A DNA stretch of 64,000 nt from the human T2T-CHM13v2.0 reference genome, Homo sapiens, in assembly GCF_009914755.1 (NCBI RefSeq), contig NC_060928.1; one strand, 5' to 3'. The notes under the pieces are model-generated. The model saw nothing but the letters and a program-made list of their open reading frames with translations. It made no database searches and was not told the origin of the DNA. The translations under genes and the position numbers were made by a program. Numbering within the stretch: position 1 is the first letter of the stretch; the number at the start of each line of letters is the position of its first letter. Below are positions 63,885 to 64,000 of this stretch, piece after piece.

Positions 63885-64000
63885 ATTTTTTTGTTTTCAT
63901 TTATTTAATTATTTTCTTCTTGGGATGGAGTCTTACTCTGTCGCCCAGGCTGGACTGCAGTGGGGTGATCTTGGCTCACTGCAACCTCTGCCTTCCAGGC
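63885..64000 (-). mobile_element. Alu 3' part (cut by window end)
   Basis: T-rich tail then GATGGAGTCTTACTCTGTCGCCCAGGCTGG. Confidence 0.9.

Overview
AT-rich, repeat-saturated primate genomic DNA, very likely human because it carries an AluYb8-type tract. I find no intact protein-coding gene, RNA gene or CRISPR array; every recognisable ORF derives from Alu, L1 or ERV sequence. Contents: about 10 Alus, four primate L1PA insertions plus old L1M fragments, an LTR9B/HUERS-P3b-like provirus (minus strand) inside an older ERVL remnant, a MER61-like provirus with nested LTR2, LTR7, a twin-primed L1 and an Alu, solo LTRs (LTR17, LTR7, MER65, LTR26, MER52, MER4), MLT elements and a complete MSTA MaLR. 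Family names come from recall of consensus sequences, not a database search. The notable signals are structural. (1) A 2.4-kb Alu+unique+Alu+L1 block sits inside one 12-bp TSD, a probable composite retro-insertion. (2) An LTR/host junction is copied locally in circularly permuted order with a fold-back linker, creating a third SOX-OCT motif. (3) An old AluY has an AluYb8 3' end. (4) There are candidate L1 5' and 3' transductions. (5) Three L1 copies share one ORF2 nonsense change. (6) Several local templated insertions of different ages occur.
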